A DNA stretch of 55,798 nucleotides from IMG/VR virus record IMGVR_UViG_3300031994_000001, positions 1 to 55,798 of that record. The stretch is one strand, 5' to 3'. Below, in pieces: positions 46,647 to 55,798 of the stretch. How positions within the stretch are numbered: the first letter of the stretch is position 1; the number at the start of each line of letters is the position of its first letter. The translations under genes were made by a program, and so were the position numbers. The stretch is from a virus. Taxonomy: Duplodnaviria > Heunggongvirae > Uroviricota > Caudoviricetes. The notes below the pieces were generated by a model that had not been told where the DNA came from, searched no databases, and worked only from the letters and a program-made list of their open reading frames with translations.

Positions 46647-47185
46647 AAGAATTGTTGGTTGATGCCATTATGGGCATCTCGTTGAAATGGGAGCAGATAA
46701 AGAATCTGCCGAAACGCATTTACACCTTGAACAAGGAATACGAGTATAAGGCTGTCCGTTCCGAAGTCGAACTATATGACGAGGATGAACTTAAAGGACT
46801 GTACGACATTTTCAAAGGCACAAAGGAATCAATGGAGTTGTATGACGGGTTCGACCCGCGTAGCGAAGAGGAAATTGCATACGACAAAGCATACGAAAAA
46901 TACATTGAATTTTGCAAGGAGAGAACAGCCAAGGAGCAGAAAATGTACACCAATGTTGACGAAATATCGGACACCATAAACTTCGGAATACTGCACAGTA
47001 TGTTTGTCAAGGGTATCGGTGTTATGGGAAACAACAACGACTGCATAGCAGTCGGTATGAAGAAAAACGGGATTGACATATACCGTGCCAAAATATCAAA
47101 GGAAGATATGGAGACAAAAAGCGAGGGCATAAAAGAACAGAAACTTCGTGATGTCTTGCAAACACTTAACAAGAGACGAGTATGA
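46643..47185 (+). CDS. Hypothetical protein
   Basis: 180 aa, ATGA overlaps on both sides. Confidence 0.72.
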   Translation: MKELLVDAIMGISLKWEQIKNLPKRIYTLNKEYEYKAVRSEVELYDEDELKGLYDIFKGTKESMELYDGFDPRSEEEIAYDKAYEKYIEFCKERTAKEQKMYTNVDEISDTINFGILHSMFVKGIGVMGNNNDCIAVGMKKNGIDIYRAKISKEDMETKSEGIKEQKLRDVLQTLNKRRV

Positions 47186-47727
47186 ACAGAGAGAAAATGA
47201 TAGGTGACTATGTGTTCACCATAGAGGGAGACCAAGCAAGGGGAATCCCCGAATGCGATATACCGATTTGTGAGTTTGACTTTTCGACCTCATCGTCATA
47301 TTCCGTTGACGTTGTGATTTATGGAGACAACATTTTCAATTATTTCTCCAAACTTAATCCGTTTGACAGTGTTAGCGGCAGAAGCGTATTAAAGTCTGAC
47401 TATGCTTTCAACTGCGTAATCCGTGACGGTAACGACACGCTTATTGCGGAAATGAAAAGCACCATAGTAGTTGAATACAATCACATTCCCGATACAGAAG
47501 CGGAGACTGTCACTATGCGTTGCGACTTCTTTGAAATAACAGACAAGACGAAAGAGAGTGTGAAGTTGTCCGAAATGGTGAAGAACGCTAACAGAAAGGC
47601 AGAGGAAGAAGCCCGCAAGTGGATGATAAGTCCAAATGATATTGAGGAAGAGAAAGACGAAAGCATTGTTGGCAACCCGACTTTTCATACGGTGTTGGAT
47701 TGTTTTATGGGAGGATTGTTATTTTAA
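47182..47727 (+). CDS. Hypothetical protein
   Basis: 181 aa, paralog of 45930-46646. Confidence 0.72.
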   Translation: MNREKMIGDYVFTIEGDQARGIPECDIPICEFDFSTSSSYSVDVVIYGDNIFNYFSKLNPFDSVSGRSVLKSDYAFNCVIRDGNDTLIAEMKSTIVVEYNHIPDTEAETVTMRCDFFEITDKTKESVKLSEMVKNANRKAEEEARKWMISPNDIEEEKDESIVGNPTFHTVLDCFMGGLLF

Positions 47728-47772
47728 TTCATATCTAATTTATAAAGAAACGGGTGCTATTTGCATCTGTTT

Positions 47773-48297
47773 TTAGTGTCGATGCCATTTCAAAGTTTTC
47801 CATATAGGCTTCGCCTTATCCAATGGCGGCTCTTGGAAATATTTAACATCAAGAGGAAGTTTAAGGTCGGGTATTCGGTAAACCGAGTTCACTACGCTCA
47901 ATCCTTTTTCTCTCACCAAATCGCCGTTGAATGGTTTGAAATCCTGCACATATTCATAGGTGTACATACCGTTGTTGCCCGCCAAATCGGGTTGACCAAA
48001 TTTTATGTAGGATATGAACAACCCCTCTTTCGCATCGTTGTATGACGCTGATTTGAGGTCAAGGCTATGCAGGTAGTATCTGTCCTTTGCGTTCAAGTCA
48101 TCGAATGAGAGGAACACCCCGATTGATTCGCCTATGCCGAAAATCACAATGTCACCCGTTTTGAAATTAGCCTTCATTTCCTCCGCAGTTCGGTAGTGTG
48201 GAACAGAGGTCGCGTCATATAGACGCTCCTTTGAGACGGGCTGTATCTTCAGTTTCTCATTCACCCGTTTGCCTATGAAACTTTCGTATGATTTCAT
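47773..48297 (-). CDS. EKL-tag + KTGDIV module
   Basis: MKSYESFIGKRVNEKLKIQPVSKERL; FKTGDIV...PLDVKYFQEP..IWK. Confidence 0.82.
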   Translation of the reverse strand: MKSYESFIGKRVNEKLKIQPVSKERLYDATSVPHYRTAEEMKANFKTGDIVIFGIGESIGVFLSFDDLNAKDRYYLHSLDLKSASYNDAKEGLFISYIKFGQPDLAGNNGMYTYEYVQDFKPFNGDLVREKGLSVVNSVYRIPDLKLPLDVKYFQEPPLDKAKPIWKTLKWHRH

Positions 48298-48302
48298 ATT
48301 GC

Positions 48303-48893
48303 TTAATCTTTTACAAACCTCACACTCAACGCGAGATGTTCGTATTCGGGTACTGCTTTTATGTATATGAAGTCGCTTGTTTCCCTGCCGCACAGTCTGT
48401 ATGGGGCGTTGTCGTCACCTTGAACCCAAAATGCGAAGAAACGGTCTTCAATATATCTGCCGCTTTCAACATATCCGCTGAACTTTGCATTGAATCCGAA
48501 TGTGTCGTTACCGCCATCTTCCTTTGACAATATCTCATTCAGTTTGTCGCCGCACGCGGTTCTCAAAAACCTCACGTCAGCCATAGTGGGGATGTGCCAA
48601 CCGAGAGGCGCGATTCTTTTAGCAGCCTCGTATGTGTAGAACATACCCAAGCCATTGTCGTTATTGTCTCCACAAGCATAATAGTCAATTGACGCTCGCA
48701 ATATCATTTTGCTCTGCGCTTTGTATTTTTCTGTCAATGCGATGTTTGTGGCAGTCCAAAAGGCGTTCCCGATTTTGACGACTTTTCCGAGTATGCCGTC
48801 ATTGTATGTCATCGTATTGAGCAGCCTTTCCCTTGTGACGGGTTTTATGTTCAGTTTTTCCTCTATGTATTCGTTGTATGTTTTCACAAGCAA
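48303..48893 (-). CDS. EKL-tag + FISUMP (Fib_succ_major)-like domain
   Basis: KIGNAFWTATN, YTYEAA..APLGWHIPT, GFNA..SG, LSVRFVKD. Confidence 0.82.
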   Translation of the reverse strand: MLVKTYNEYIEEKLNIKPVTRERLLNTMTYNDGILGKVVKIGNAFWTATNIALTEKYKAQSKMILRASIDYYACGDNNDNGLGMFYTYEAAKRIAPLGWHIPTMADVRFLRTACGDKLNEILSKEDGGNDTFGFNAKFSGYVESGRYIEDRFFAFWVQGDDNAPYRLCGRETSDFIYIKAVPEYEHLALSVRFVKD

Positions 48894-48896
48894 TTC

Positions 48897-49073
48897 TTTC
48901 GGAATTATCCCTTTTAATCTTGTAATATTTATAAGACTTCAAGTTCAATAATCGCTTCACTGTTATCCAAGCAGTCATCAGTCAACTTGAGTGTTCCACT
49001 TGGTTTGTCTATAACTCCACGACTGTACTCGGTGTTCCTCACCGATGTTTTAAGGTCTTCCACTGACCTATGT
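48897..49073 (-). mobile_element. ~170-bp dispersed element copy 2 (carries TATAAATA)
   Basis: Reverse complement of 21931-22097 with an extra late-promoter motif at 48926-48933. Confidence 0.55.
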
Positions 49074-49224
49074 CATCTGACTTTCTTGGTTTTACTTATA
49101 CAAGTCAGTTTGTTTTTTTTAATTTAATATAAAACCACAATACCAATACTCCAAAGAACTACATACACTTAATATATTTATATTTTTCAAGATTTCTTGC
49201 AATACCAAATAGATGATTCCGTTA

Positions 49225-49797
49225 TTATTTATCAAACAAGTCTTTCACGAACCTCACGGAGCAGGCTGTGTTTGACTTTATGCGTTTGAATGTCATCTCG
49301 TGTTCGCTCAACACAAACGCCTTGTAATAACCGTTTTCGTCACGCTCGTCAGATGTGATGAAGTGCGCACGGTGGTCGTTGTTTTTCCAAGCGGAATGTA
49401 ACACCTCAACATATCCAATCAGTTTCGCGCCGAATGGTATAGTGCTTGTGCCGCCGTATTCTGTTGATATTAGGTCGGCTAACGGGAATTTGAATATACT
49501 CTGCGCCTTTATGATTCGCTTGAAATCTTCAGACGAGGGGAGACTCCAACCTTTCGGCACTATTTTCATAGCGGCTTCCGCTGTGTAATAATAGTCGTTG
49601 TCGAAAACAACATAATCCAATCCTTTTTTGATGGGTGTTCTGTCAGCAGCCAATTTGGTGTTTGCGTTGTCGCGTGTCCAAAGTATGCCGCCCACATTGA
49701 CATCCTTTCTATGCTGCTGCATATTTTTCAGTCGCTCCTTGGTGACGGGCTGTATGTCAAGTTTCTCGTTGAATTGGTCTATGTCAAGTATTTTCAT
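49225..49797 (-). CDS. EKL-tag + FISUMP-like domain
   Basis: MKILDIDQFNEKLDIQPVTKERL; VPKGWSLPS; SVRFVKD. Confidence 0.82.
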   Translation of the reverse strand: MKILDIDQFNEKLDIQPVTKERLKNMQQHRKDVNVGGILWTRDNANTKLAADRTPIKKGLDYVVFDNDYYYTAEAAMKIVPKGWSLPSSEDFKRIIKAQSIFKFPLADLISTEYGGTSTIPFGAKLIGYVEVLHSAWKNNDHRAHFITSDERDENGYYKAFVLSEHEMTFKRIKSNTACSVRFVKDLFDK

Positions 49798-50387
49798 AGG
49801 TCTTTGCATAATCTTACAGACATACCGATGTAATGTTTGTCTTTCACGTCACTTATTTTACAATACGGCTTATCTTTTTTTGTTATCATAAAACATTTCG
49901 CATTTTGCGGGTTTTTATCGTCAACACACCAAAAGGATGCACACGAATCAAATCCGTTGACAAAAGGTCTTCTTGAAAAGCCCAACAACTTCGCATCAAA
50001 GCCATATTTGTCCGTACACTTGTTGTCTTTTGAAATAAGATGCTTCCCGTATTTCATTATTTTTTCAAAATCTTCTGTGGTCGGGATTCTCCAACCTTTC
50101 GGTACTAATTTCAACGCGCCAGGAAACGTATAGTATATCGTGTTGTCAATTTGTGTTATGATATAATCACCGAATTCTAAAAATTCTTGTTTGTCGTTAT
50201 CATACACACCCTCTTTGAGCGGGTTTCCGTCCGCGCCGACAAGTGATGTCTCATTTTTTGTTCGCCAAAGCAAACCACCCAATGCTATTGTATTATAGTC
50301 GTTTTTCTTGGTGTTCAAAAGACGTTCCCTTGACACGGGTTTTATTTCAAGTTTCTCGTTGAATTGACTGTATTTTAGGATATTCAT
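49794..50387 (-). CDS. EKL-tag + FISUMP-like domain
   Basis: FNEKLEIKPVSRERL; VPKGWRIPT; MSVRLCKD; TATAAATA at 50449-50456 (-). Confidence 0.82.
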   Translation of the reverse strand: MNILKYSQFNEKLEIKPVSRERLLNTKKNDYNTIALGGLLWRTKNETSLVGADGNPLKEGVYDNDKQEFLEFGDYIITQIDNTIYYTFPGALKLVPKGWRIPTTEDFEKIMKYGKHLISKDNKCTDKYGFDAKLLGFSRRPFVNGFDSCASFWCVDDKNPQNAKCFMITKKDKPYCKISDVKDKHYIGMSVRLCKDL

Positions 50388-50458
50388 AATGTGTTATTTT
50401 TATAAATGCCAATATGTTCCGAGCATTCTCATATATAAGTTATATAAGTATTTATAGG

Positions 50459-50995
50459 TCAGTTTCGGATTAGCCTTATTGTTAGGGCAAATTCCCTTGA
50501 ACAGAAACTTTTTCTGATATAGTATTGGTTGCTTTGTCCGTAAATATATTTCACATATCCCTCACCGCATTCTTCCGAAATCCAAAATCTGAATGAGCGT
50601 CTTGGATACATAAGTTCGCTTGCGAATCCGATATACCCCGTGTAGTGTGCGTTGAACCCTATTATGTCCTTTCCGCCGTCTTTCACCGACAAGAAATCGT
50701 CACGCTTGTATAGGCACTTTTCAAGAAGTTCAGCCCATTCAACGCTGTTCGGTATGTGCCAACCTTTAGGCACGACACGCAAGGCGGCATCGTAAGTATA
50801 GTACACGTTTCCTTTGAAAATGTAATAGTCGTTACCCCGTATCAGCGTATCGCCGTTAGGACACACAATTCCATTGTAATTTTCCACACTCCATATTTGG
50901 TTGCCTATCTTGATATTCTTCACCATAACGGGCAGAGAGTGCAGGCGTTTCTTTGTTATCGGCTGTATCTTGATTCTCTTGTTTTCCATAATCAA
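50459..50995 (-). CDS. Truncated tag + FISUMP-like domain
   Basis: KRIKIQPITKKRL; KIGNQIWSVEN; VPKGWHIPN. Confidence 0.8.
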   Translation of the reverse strand: MIMENKRIKIQPITKKRLHSLPVMVKNIKIGNQIWSVENYNGIVCPNGDTLIRGNDYYIFKGNVYYTYDAALRVVPKGWHIPNSVEWAELLEKCLYKRDDFLSVKDGGKDIIGFNAHYTGYIGFASELMYPRRSFRFWISEECGEGYVKYIYGQSNQYYIRKSFCSREFALTIRLIRN

Positions 50996-52038
50996 TCGTT
51001 TTTGACCAATCTTATCGGCATAAAGATTTCCTTGTTCGATGTGCCTATTCTGATGTGTGGTGTTTCCTTGCTTATGCAGAGACAGTATGCGCTGCTTGTT
51101 GGAAGTTCACTGCAACCGAAAAGCCAAAAGTCGAACCTTATGTCCTTGCACACTATTCTGCGAAAATGATTCTTCATAATCCAACCCGTGTATTTTGCAT
51201 TGAATCCGAATCTGTCAATGCCGCCGTCTTCTTCTGAAACGAGGTTGTCTCGGTTGCCTGCCGTTATCATCAAATCCATTGCTTCCGTTTTTGTCGGAAT
51301 ATGCCAGCCTATCGGTGTCACTTTCTTTGCACCATCGTAAGTGTAATATGCGTTGCCGTCCACAATGACATAATCAACGCATTTCACGAGTTTGCTGCCG
51401 TCAGCACAAGTGGTCTCCTTGCAGTTTTCCACAGCCCAACGATACGCACCTATTTTCAGATAATCGTACCGATTCGATATACTTTTCAGTTTGTCCTTGG
51501 TAACGGGTTGGATATTCAGTTTCTCCAATGTCAGAAATTTGTTGAATCCGTGTTCCGCAGACCAAACGTTGACATACGACAGCAATATATCCGAAGGCAG
51601 CGAATGCTTTATGTCAAGCGGTGTGTATGGTTGTTGTGGTGGTTTTTTGTATATGCCTATACAATATGCCCCCTCTTCGCGGGATGCGCTTTGCATATTG
51701 TCGTCAAACTCGCTCAACGTTATGGCGGTAAACCCGTTATCATATCCTATGAGAGTGCCTTCCAATTTCGATGATTCGTGTACATATTGTGTGTATCTTA
51801 TGAGATTGAACTTTTTTTCGTAATTGTATTTTACCATATCTTCATAGGTTACGTAGAAATATGTGGCATTTTGCGATACAATTTCCCCGTGTTTCAAATC
51901 GCCCAATGTGACAAGATAACCACTTTTGTTGAGTATTGATTTAGGGGTTTTTCTGCGTGAGCCTTTCATAAGTCCCTCCTTGCTGACGGGTTGTATGTTC
52001 AGTTTCTCGTTGAATTTATGTGTGTCAAGTATTTCCAT
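50992..52038 (-). CDS. Two-module tagged protein (KTGDIV-like + FISUMP-like)
   Basis: Tag at N-terminus and internally (TLEKLNIQPVTKDKL). Confidence 0.82.
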   Translation of the reverse strand: MEILDTHKFNEKLNIQPVSKEGLMKGSRRKTPKSILNKSGYLVTLGDLKHGEIVSQNATYFYVTYEDMVKYNYEKKFNLIRYTQYVHESSKLEGTLIGYDNGFTAITLSEFDDNMQSASREEGAYCIGIYKKPPQQPYTPLDIKHSLPSDILLSYVNVWSAEHGFNKFLTLEKLNIQPVTKDKLKSISNRYDYLKIGAYRWAVENCKETTCADGSKLVKCVDYVIVDGNAYYTYDGAKKVTPIGWHIPTKTEAMDLMITAGNRDNLVSEEDGGIDRFGFNAKYTGWIMKNHFRRIVCKDIRFDFWLFGCSELPTSSAYCLCISKETPHIRIGTSNKEIFMPIRLVKND

Positions 52039-52039
52039 T

Positions 52040-53953
52040 TTATTTCATTGTTTGTAGTCTTTTCCAAATTGTTGTTGTATCTGTTGGGAGTTCTCTCTTG
52101 CCCGTAACTGTTTTGAGATAGTCGTAGTCAATTTGGTTCGGTTGGCTTTCGTCCTTCAATATGTCTGTTACCTTAAATGTATTTGAAGTCAACATATTGT
52201 TCAAAAACGAAACGAATCTGTATGTGTTATAACTTGCCATTGATGTTATCTCATATCTCAAAAATATCCCGTCATTTGTTATATCTTCGTATTTGTCAAC
52301 GTCAAATCCCAATGTTTTGTATTTTGCATAATCGGCTTTCGCTATGTAGATATACACTAACCCGAACTCCTTTTGCTTGATGTCGTTGCCTATCACGATA
52401 TATCCCGTTTTCAGCAGGCTTTTCGGGTTTGTAATGGCAGTTGTGTACGATTTCAGTTTTTCCTTTGACACGGGTTGTATTTTGAGTTTTTCCGTGACGG
52501 GTGCTGCGAACTGCTTTACGAGTGTCCAACCGCTTTCGATTTTTTTGTCATACTCAACGAAAAAATTTCGTGAATAAAGCGGACGCAGAACTTTCTTGTT
52601 TCTGTATATGCTTTCTATGTATTCATCCGCGTAAAGCGTTACGTTAGCCTTTGTTGTTTTGTTGTCGAAACGGGACAGCAAATTATACGAAAAGGTATCG
52701 TCTTTGCTGTTGTATCGTACAAGCAACCCTTCGTCAGCCTCTTTGCTTGTCTCCAAAAGTGTATTGAATTTGAATATGTCTTTATACAAGTGGAAATAGT
52801 CATATTTTGATATGTAATAATACAGCACTTGTATCGGACTTCCAACTCTGTTTCTGCTTATATCGGTTGTTGCGGTACGTGTCACGAACACAGCGTCTCC
52901 CGTTTGGAGATTGTGTTTCCACCCAATGTTTGCCCTTCCACTTTGTGACACAAGTTCCTCTTTTGATATTGGCTGTATGTTCAGTTTCTCGTTTACGCGA
53001 ATAAGTTTGTCACCTTCCCGCTTGTAAATGATGGATGCGTTGTCGGTGTTAGGGTGTTTGAAATAATCGAATGGAAGCGGCTGTTCGATATTGTTTTGCC
53101 TATACACGAATGTCGTATATCTGTGCGAGAGTTCATTTTCGAGTTTATCGTTAAGGTTAAGCAAAGAAGTGAATGTGAATGTGTTTGCTTGCTTATACCG
53201 CACAATTATGCCTTCTTTCGTCAAAGAAAAAGGTATTGTCGCCATATTCAGAAGTTTGCCGTAATCATAGTTCGCATAATCGTACATTGATATATAGATG
53301 CCCGTGCGGGTCTCCCCAAGCCTCATTTCAGAAACAACAATATCTCCCGTTTTTAATAATTTTTTCGGGGAAACAATCGTATTGCGAAGTCTCTCCTTGC
53401 TGACGGGCTGTATGTCAAGTTTCTCGTTCAACGATTTGTCTTTGTATATGCAAACTGTGTCTGTGTTCTTTATGTTGTCGCGTATGAAAAACTCGCTTTT
53501 TATCGGTTGTTCGATAGTTCCAACGGGTCTTTTTATTTCGGTGACGGTTGTTTCGTTTCCGACCAAGTTTGTCGTCATACTGCTGTCCCTATAGAATGTT
53601 GACAGAAATATACAGCGGAATGTCTTTTTATTGTGGTCATACGTTATCAACATACCGTATTTGCTTTCTTTTTTTGAGCGTAGGTGCTTTTCAAAATTAG
53701 CCCCGAATGAATACCCGTGTTTGAAATAATCCTCGAATGCGACATATCTAAAACACATCAGACTCTCGTGTTGCACTATTCCGTCTTCGTCACGCCTTAT
53801 CATACGGATAAAGAGAATGTCGCCCGTTTTCAGTCTGTCTTTCCAATTCTTTGTGTTTACCCACATTTCCCTGCCGTGGTTTGACAACTGCTGTTTTGTA
53901 ACGGGTTGTATGTTAAGTTTCTCGTTGAGTTCTTTTGTGTTCAGTATCTTCAT
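52040..53953 (-). CDS. Four-module tagged protein (4 x KTGDIV-type module)
   Basis: Tags LNEKLNIQPV, LNEKLDIQPV, VNEKLNIQPI, VTEKLKIQPV, each preceding a TG[DY]-module. Confidence 0.85.
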   Translation of the reverse strand: MKILNTKELNEKLNIQPVTKQQLSNHGREMWVNTKNWKDRLKTGDILFIRMIRRDEDGIVQHESLMCFRYVAFEDYFKHGYSFGANFEKHLRSKKESKYGMLITYDHNKKTFRCIFLSTFYRDSSMTTNLVGNETTVTEIKRPVGTIEQPIKSEFFIRDNIKNTDTVCIYKDKSLNEKLDIQPVSKERLRNTIVSPKKLLKTGDIVVSEMRLGETRTGIYISMYDYANYDYGKLLNMATIPFSLTKEGIIVRYKQANTFTFTSLLNLNDKLENELSHRYTTFVYRQNNIEQPLPFDYFKHPNTDNASIIYKREGDKLIRVNEKLNIQPISKEELVSQSGRANIGWKHNLQTGDAVFVTRTATTDISRNRVGSPIQVLYYYISKYDYFHLYKDIFKFNTLLETSKEADEGLLVRYNSKDDTFSYNLLSRFDNKTTKANVTLYADEYIESIYRNKKVLRPLYSRNFFVEYDKKIESGWTLVKQFAAPVTEKLKIQPVSKEKLKSYTTAITNPKSLLKTGYIVIGNDIKQKEFGLVYIYIAKADYAKYKTLGFDVDKYEDITNDGIFLRYEITSMASYNTYRFVSFLNNMLTSNTFKVTDILKDESQPNQIDYDYLKTVTGKRELPTDTTTIWKRLQTMK

Positions 53954-53965
53954 ATCGGCATTATG

Positions 53966-54436
53966 TTATACTCTTGACCAAACAAGTTTCGCTTTCGCCG
54001 CGTCTGGGTGTTTGAAATACTCCGCATCCAACGGAAATTTAAGATTTTCGTATCTGTAAACAAGCCATATACGGAGACCTATACTGTTATAAACCAAGTT
54101 TTCGTCAAACGATTTTAGTGAAATAAACTTGAATCCATCATTCTCATAATATTGCATAAAAGCACCGTCACAGACCACTTCTTCCCATTGTGACATACGC
54201 GGAATCAAGTCGAATACGTCATCGTATGTGTGTCTCATTATATCTTCGTATGAGACATAAACGTGAGCCTTTATGTCTTTTCCATTACCCATAAAAACAA
54301 TGTCACCCGTTTTAAAATCGAACACATAGTTCTTTGACGGTTTATGGCTACTGATTGCGCAGTCTTTTAACCGTTTCTTTGAAACGGGCTGTATGCTCAT
54401 TTTCTCATTAAGTTCTTCTGTTTTCAGTATCTTCAT
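53966..54436 (-). CDS. EK-tag + KTGDIV module
   Basis: MKILKTEELNEKMSIQPVSKKRL; FKTGDIV. Confidence 0.82.
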   Translation of the reverse strand: MKILKTEELNEKMSIQPVSKKRLKDCAISSHKPSKNYVFDFKTGDIVFMGNGKDIKAHVYVSYEDIMRHTYDDVFDLIPRMSQWEEVVCDGAFMQYYENDGFKFISLKSFDENLVYNSIGLRIWLVYRYENLKFPLDAEYFKHPDAAKAKLVWSRV

Positions 54437-54440
54437 AGTA

Positions 54441-54920
54441 TCAGTTTCTTTTCCATATCAATTCGGCTTTTTCATAAGGTGGGCGTTGAAAATACATATA
54501 ATCCAATTTAATGTCTTTACCTTTGAACCTATACACTTCATAAATTTCTTTGTGTAAATAACTGCTTGACAAATTTTCATTGAAAGCCGAAAGCATATAC
54601 CGTTTGAAACCGCCGCCGTAGTTTATGGCAAACATTCCATCTTTGTATTCATCGCTATTGATAATGTTGTCAAGATTCAAACCAAATTCTAAAATGTCAT
54701 CATAGGTTTTATTAACCATATCACTGTGCGATACATATACTGCATACTCTGACGAATCGTATGATTTGCCCATACGTACAATGTCTCCCGTTTTGAAGTT
54801 AACCGCGTATCTTTTTGAAAGTCTGTTTGGTATTTCGCCGACAGTCTTTTCCAAACGGTCTTTTGTGACGGGTTTAATGTTAAGTTTCTCGTTTAGTTCT
54901 TCTGTTTTCAGTATTTTCAT
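54441..54920 (-). CDS. EKL-tag + KTGDIV module
   Basis: MKILKTEELNEKLNIKPVTKDRL; FKTGDIV. Confidence 0.82.
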   Translation of the reverse strand: MKILKTEELNEKLNIKPVTKDRLEKTVGEIPNRLSKRYAVNFKTGDIVRMGKSYDSSEYAVYVSHSDMVNKTYDDILEFGLNLDNIINSDEYKDGMFAINYGGGFKRYMLSAFNENLSSSYLHKEIYEVYRFKGKDIKLDYMYFQRPPYEKAELIWKRN

Positions 54921-55798
54921 ATTTGCTTATTTTTGTCTCTTACAAACCTTACGGACATTCCGTATTTTGACGGTATCTTTTCCGAAAAAGCAACACCGCC
55001 GTCCTTTAGTTTGCTGCCCGCTATTTTCAGACCTTTTATGATGTCGGGTTCGTCAATACCGAATTTAGGATAGTCATAGGCAAGGGTGGCATAAAGGTCT
55101 TTTCCTATCACACGAGCCTTTGTGTGCGTTCCGACCAATTTCACATTGAATCCGTATTTGTCCGTGCCGCCGTAATCTTTTGAGATTATGTTAAGCACAT
55201 TATTCTCGGTGTCGTTTGCGAGACTGTTGTAATCTTCCTTTGTCGGCAAACGCCAACCGCTCGGAACAATCCGCATAGCAGCGTCATAAGTGTAGTAGAT
55301 TTCGCCGTTTTCTTCAAAGTAGTCAACACCCCTTTTAAGCGGTGTTCCATCGTTTGCGGTCAAAATTGAAGCGTTCTCGGCTGTCCAAATCTTATCGCCT
55401 ATATACACAAACTTGTTTTTTGTCGCTTGAAGTCTCTCTTTCGATACGGGTTGTATGTTTAATTTCTCCATAACCTTTTTGGGTTGATGGCTGTAGTTGT
55501 AAATGAGTGACCAACCGTGGGACAATGCAAAAACAAGGTTTTGGTTGTCTTTAAAATATTTGTCGGTCAAGGGGTATTTGAAGTTCTCGTTTCTGTATAT
55601 CCTGCACACGTATTCCAAATCCCACATAACGGTATTGCATATAGGTTTGGTGTCACCGAATCGGTTTACCCTGCTGAATCCGTATTTCTTTTCGTCCCAA
55701 CGCCACCTTATAAACAAACCTTCTTTTATTGAAACATTCGATGTATCAATGGTTTTGAAGTTGAAAATTGATTTGTATTTGTGATAGTCCTCTTCCGA
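54917..55798 (-). CDS. Multi-module tagged protein (KTGDIV-type + FISUMP-like), 5' partial
   Basis: Frame open to window end; internal VMEKLNIQPVSKERL. Confidence 0.8.
   Translation of the reverse strand, partial: SEEDYHKYKSIFNFKTIDTSNVSIKEGLFIRWRWDEKKYGFSRVNRFGDTKPICNTVMWDLEYVCRIYRNENFKYPLTDKYFKDNQNLVFALSHGWSLIYNYSHQPKKVMEKLNIQPVSKERLQATKNKFVYIGDKIWTAENASILTANDGTPLKRGVDYFEENGEIYYTYDAAMRIVPSGWRLPTKEDYNSLANDTENNVLNIISKDYGGTDKYGFNVKLVGTHTKARVIGKDLYATLAYDYPKFGIDEPDIIKGLKIAGSKLKDGGVAFSEKIPSKYGMSVRFVRDKNKQI

Noticed and set aside
47773-55798. Diversity-generating retroelement acting on FISUMP-like genes
   Set aside because: No reverse transcriptase and no template/variable repeat pair differing only at adenines visible in this window

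Overview
Segment of a large T4-like (gp17-type terminase, TATAAATA late promoters) tailed-phage genome, standard genetic code, most likely infecting a Bacteroidota or related gut/rumen anaerobe (TAnnTTTG host-type promoters, FISUMP-domain cargo). Layout: (1) 1-11 kb: partial Gly-X-Gln collagen-like structural protein, AAA+ ATPase plus metallopeptidase/VWA pair, PhoH. (2) 11-27 kb: an rrn-like tandem promoter/boxA array feeding a dense RNA island. The island holds a ~1.1 kb structured ncRNA, 35 conventional tRNAs covering all 20 amino acids, three tRNAs interrupted at the same anticodon-stem position by a hairpin+RCAGCAA module, five free-standing permuted copies of that module (two displaying anticodon stem-loops), several tRNA-like RNAs, and a ~420-nt RNA combining mimics of the 23S rRNA L11-binding domain and the sarcin-ricin loop. 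(3) 27-48 kb: Nudix hydrolase, LRR cluster, terminase large subunit, phosphoesterase, degenerate prohead-protease paralog, RNA ligase, DNA methyltransferase and many hypotheticals. (4) 28-33 kb and 48-56 kb: about 16 genes whose unrelated modules (LRR, FISUMP, an unnamed KTGDIV module) each start with the same [ILVF]-x-E|K-L-x-I-x-P-V-[ST]-K-[ED]-R-L tag, which recurs internally in apparent polyproteins. All family calls come from motif recognition by eye; no searches were run.
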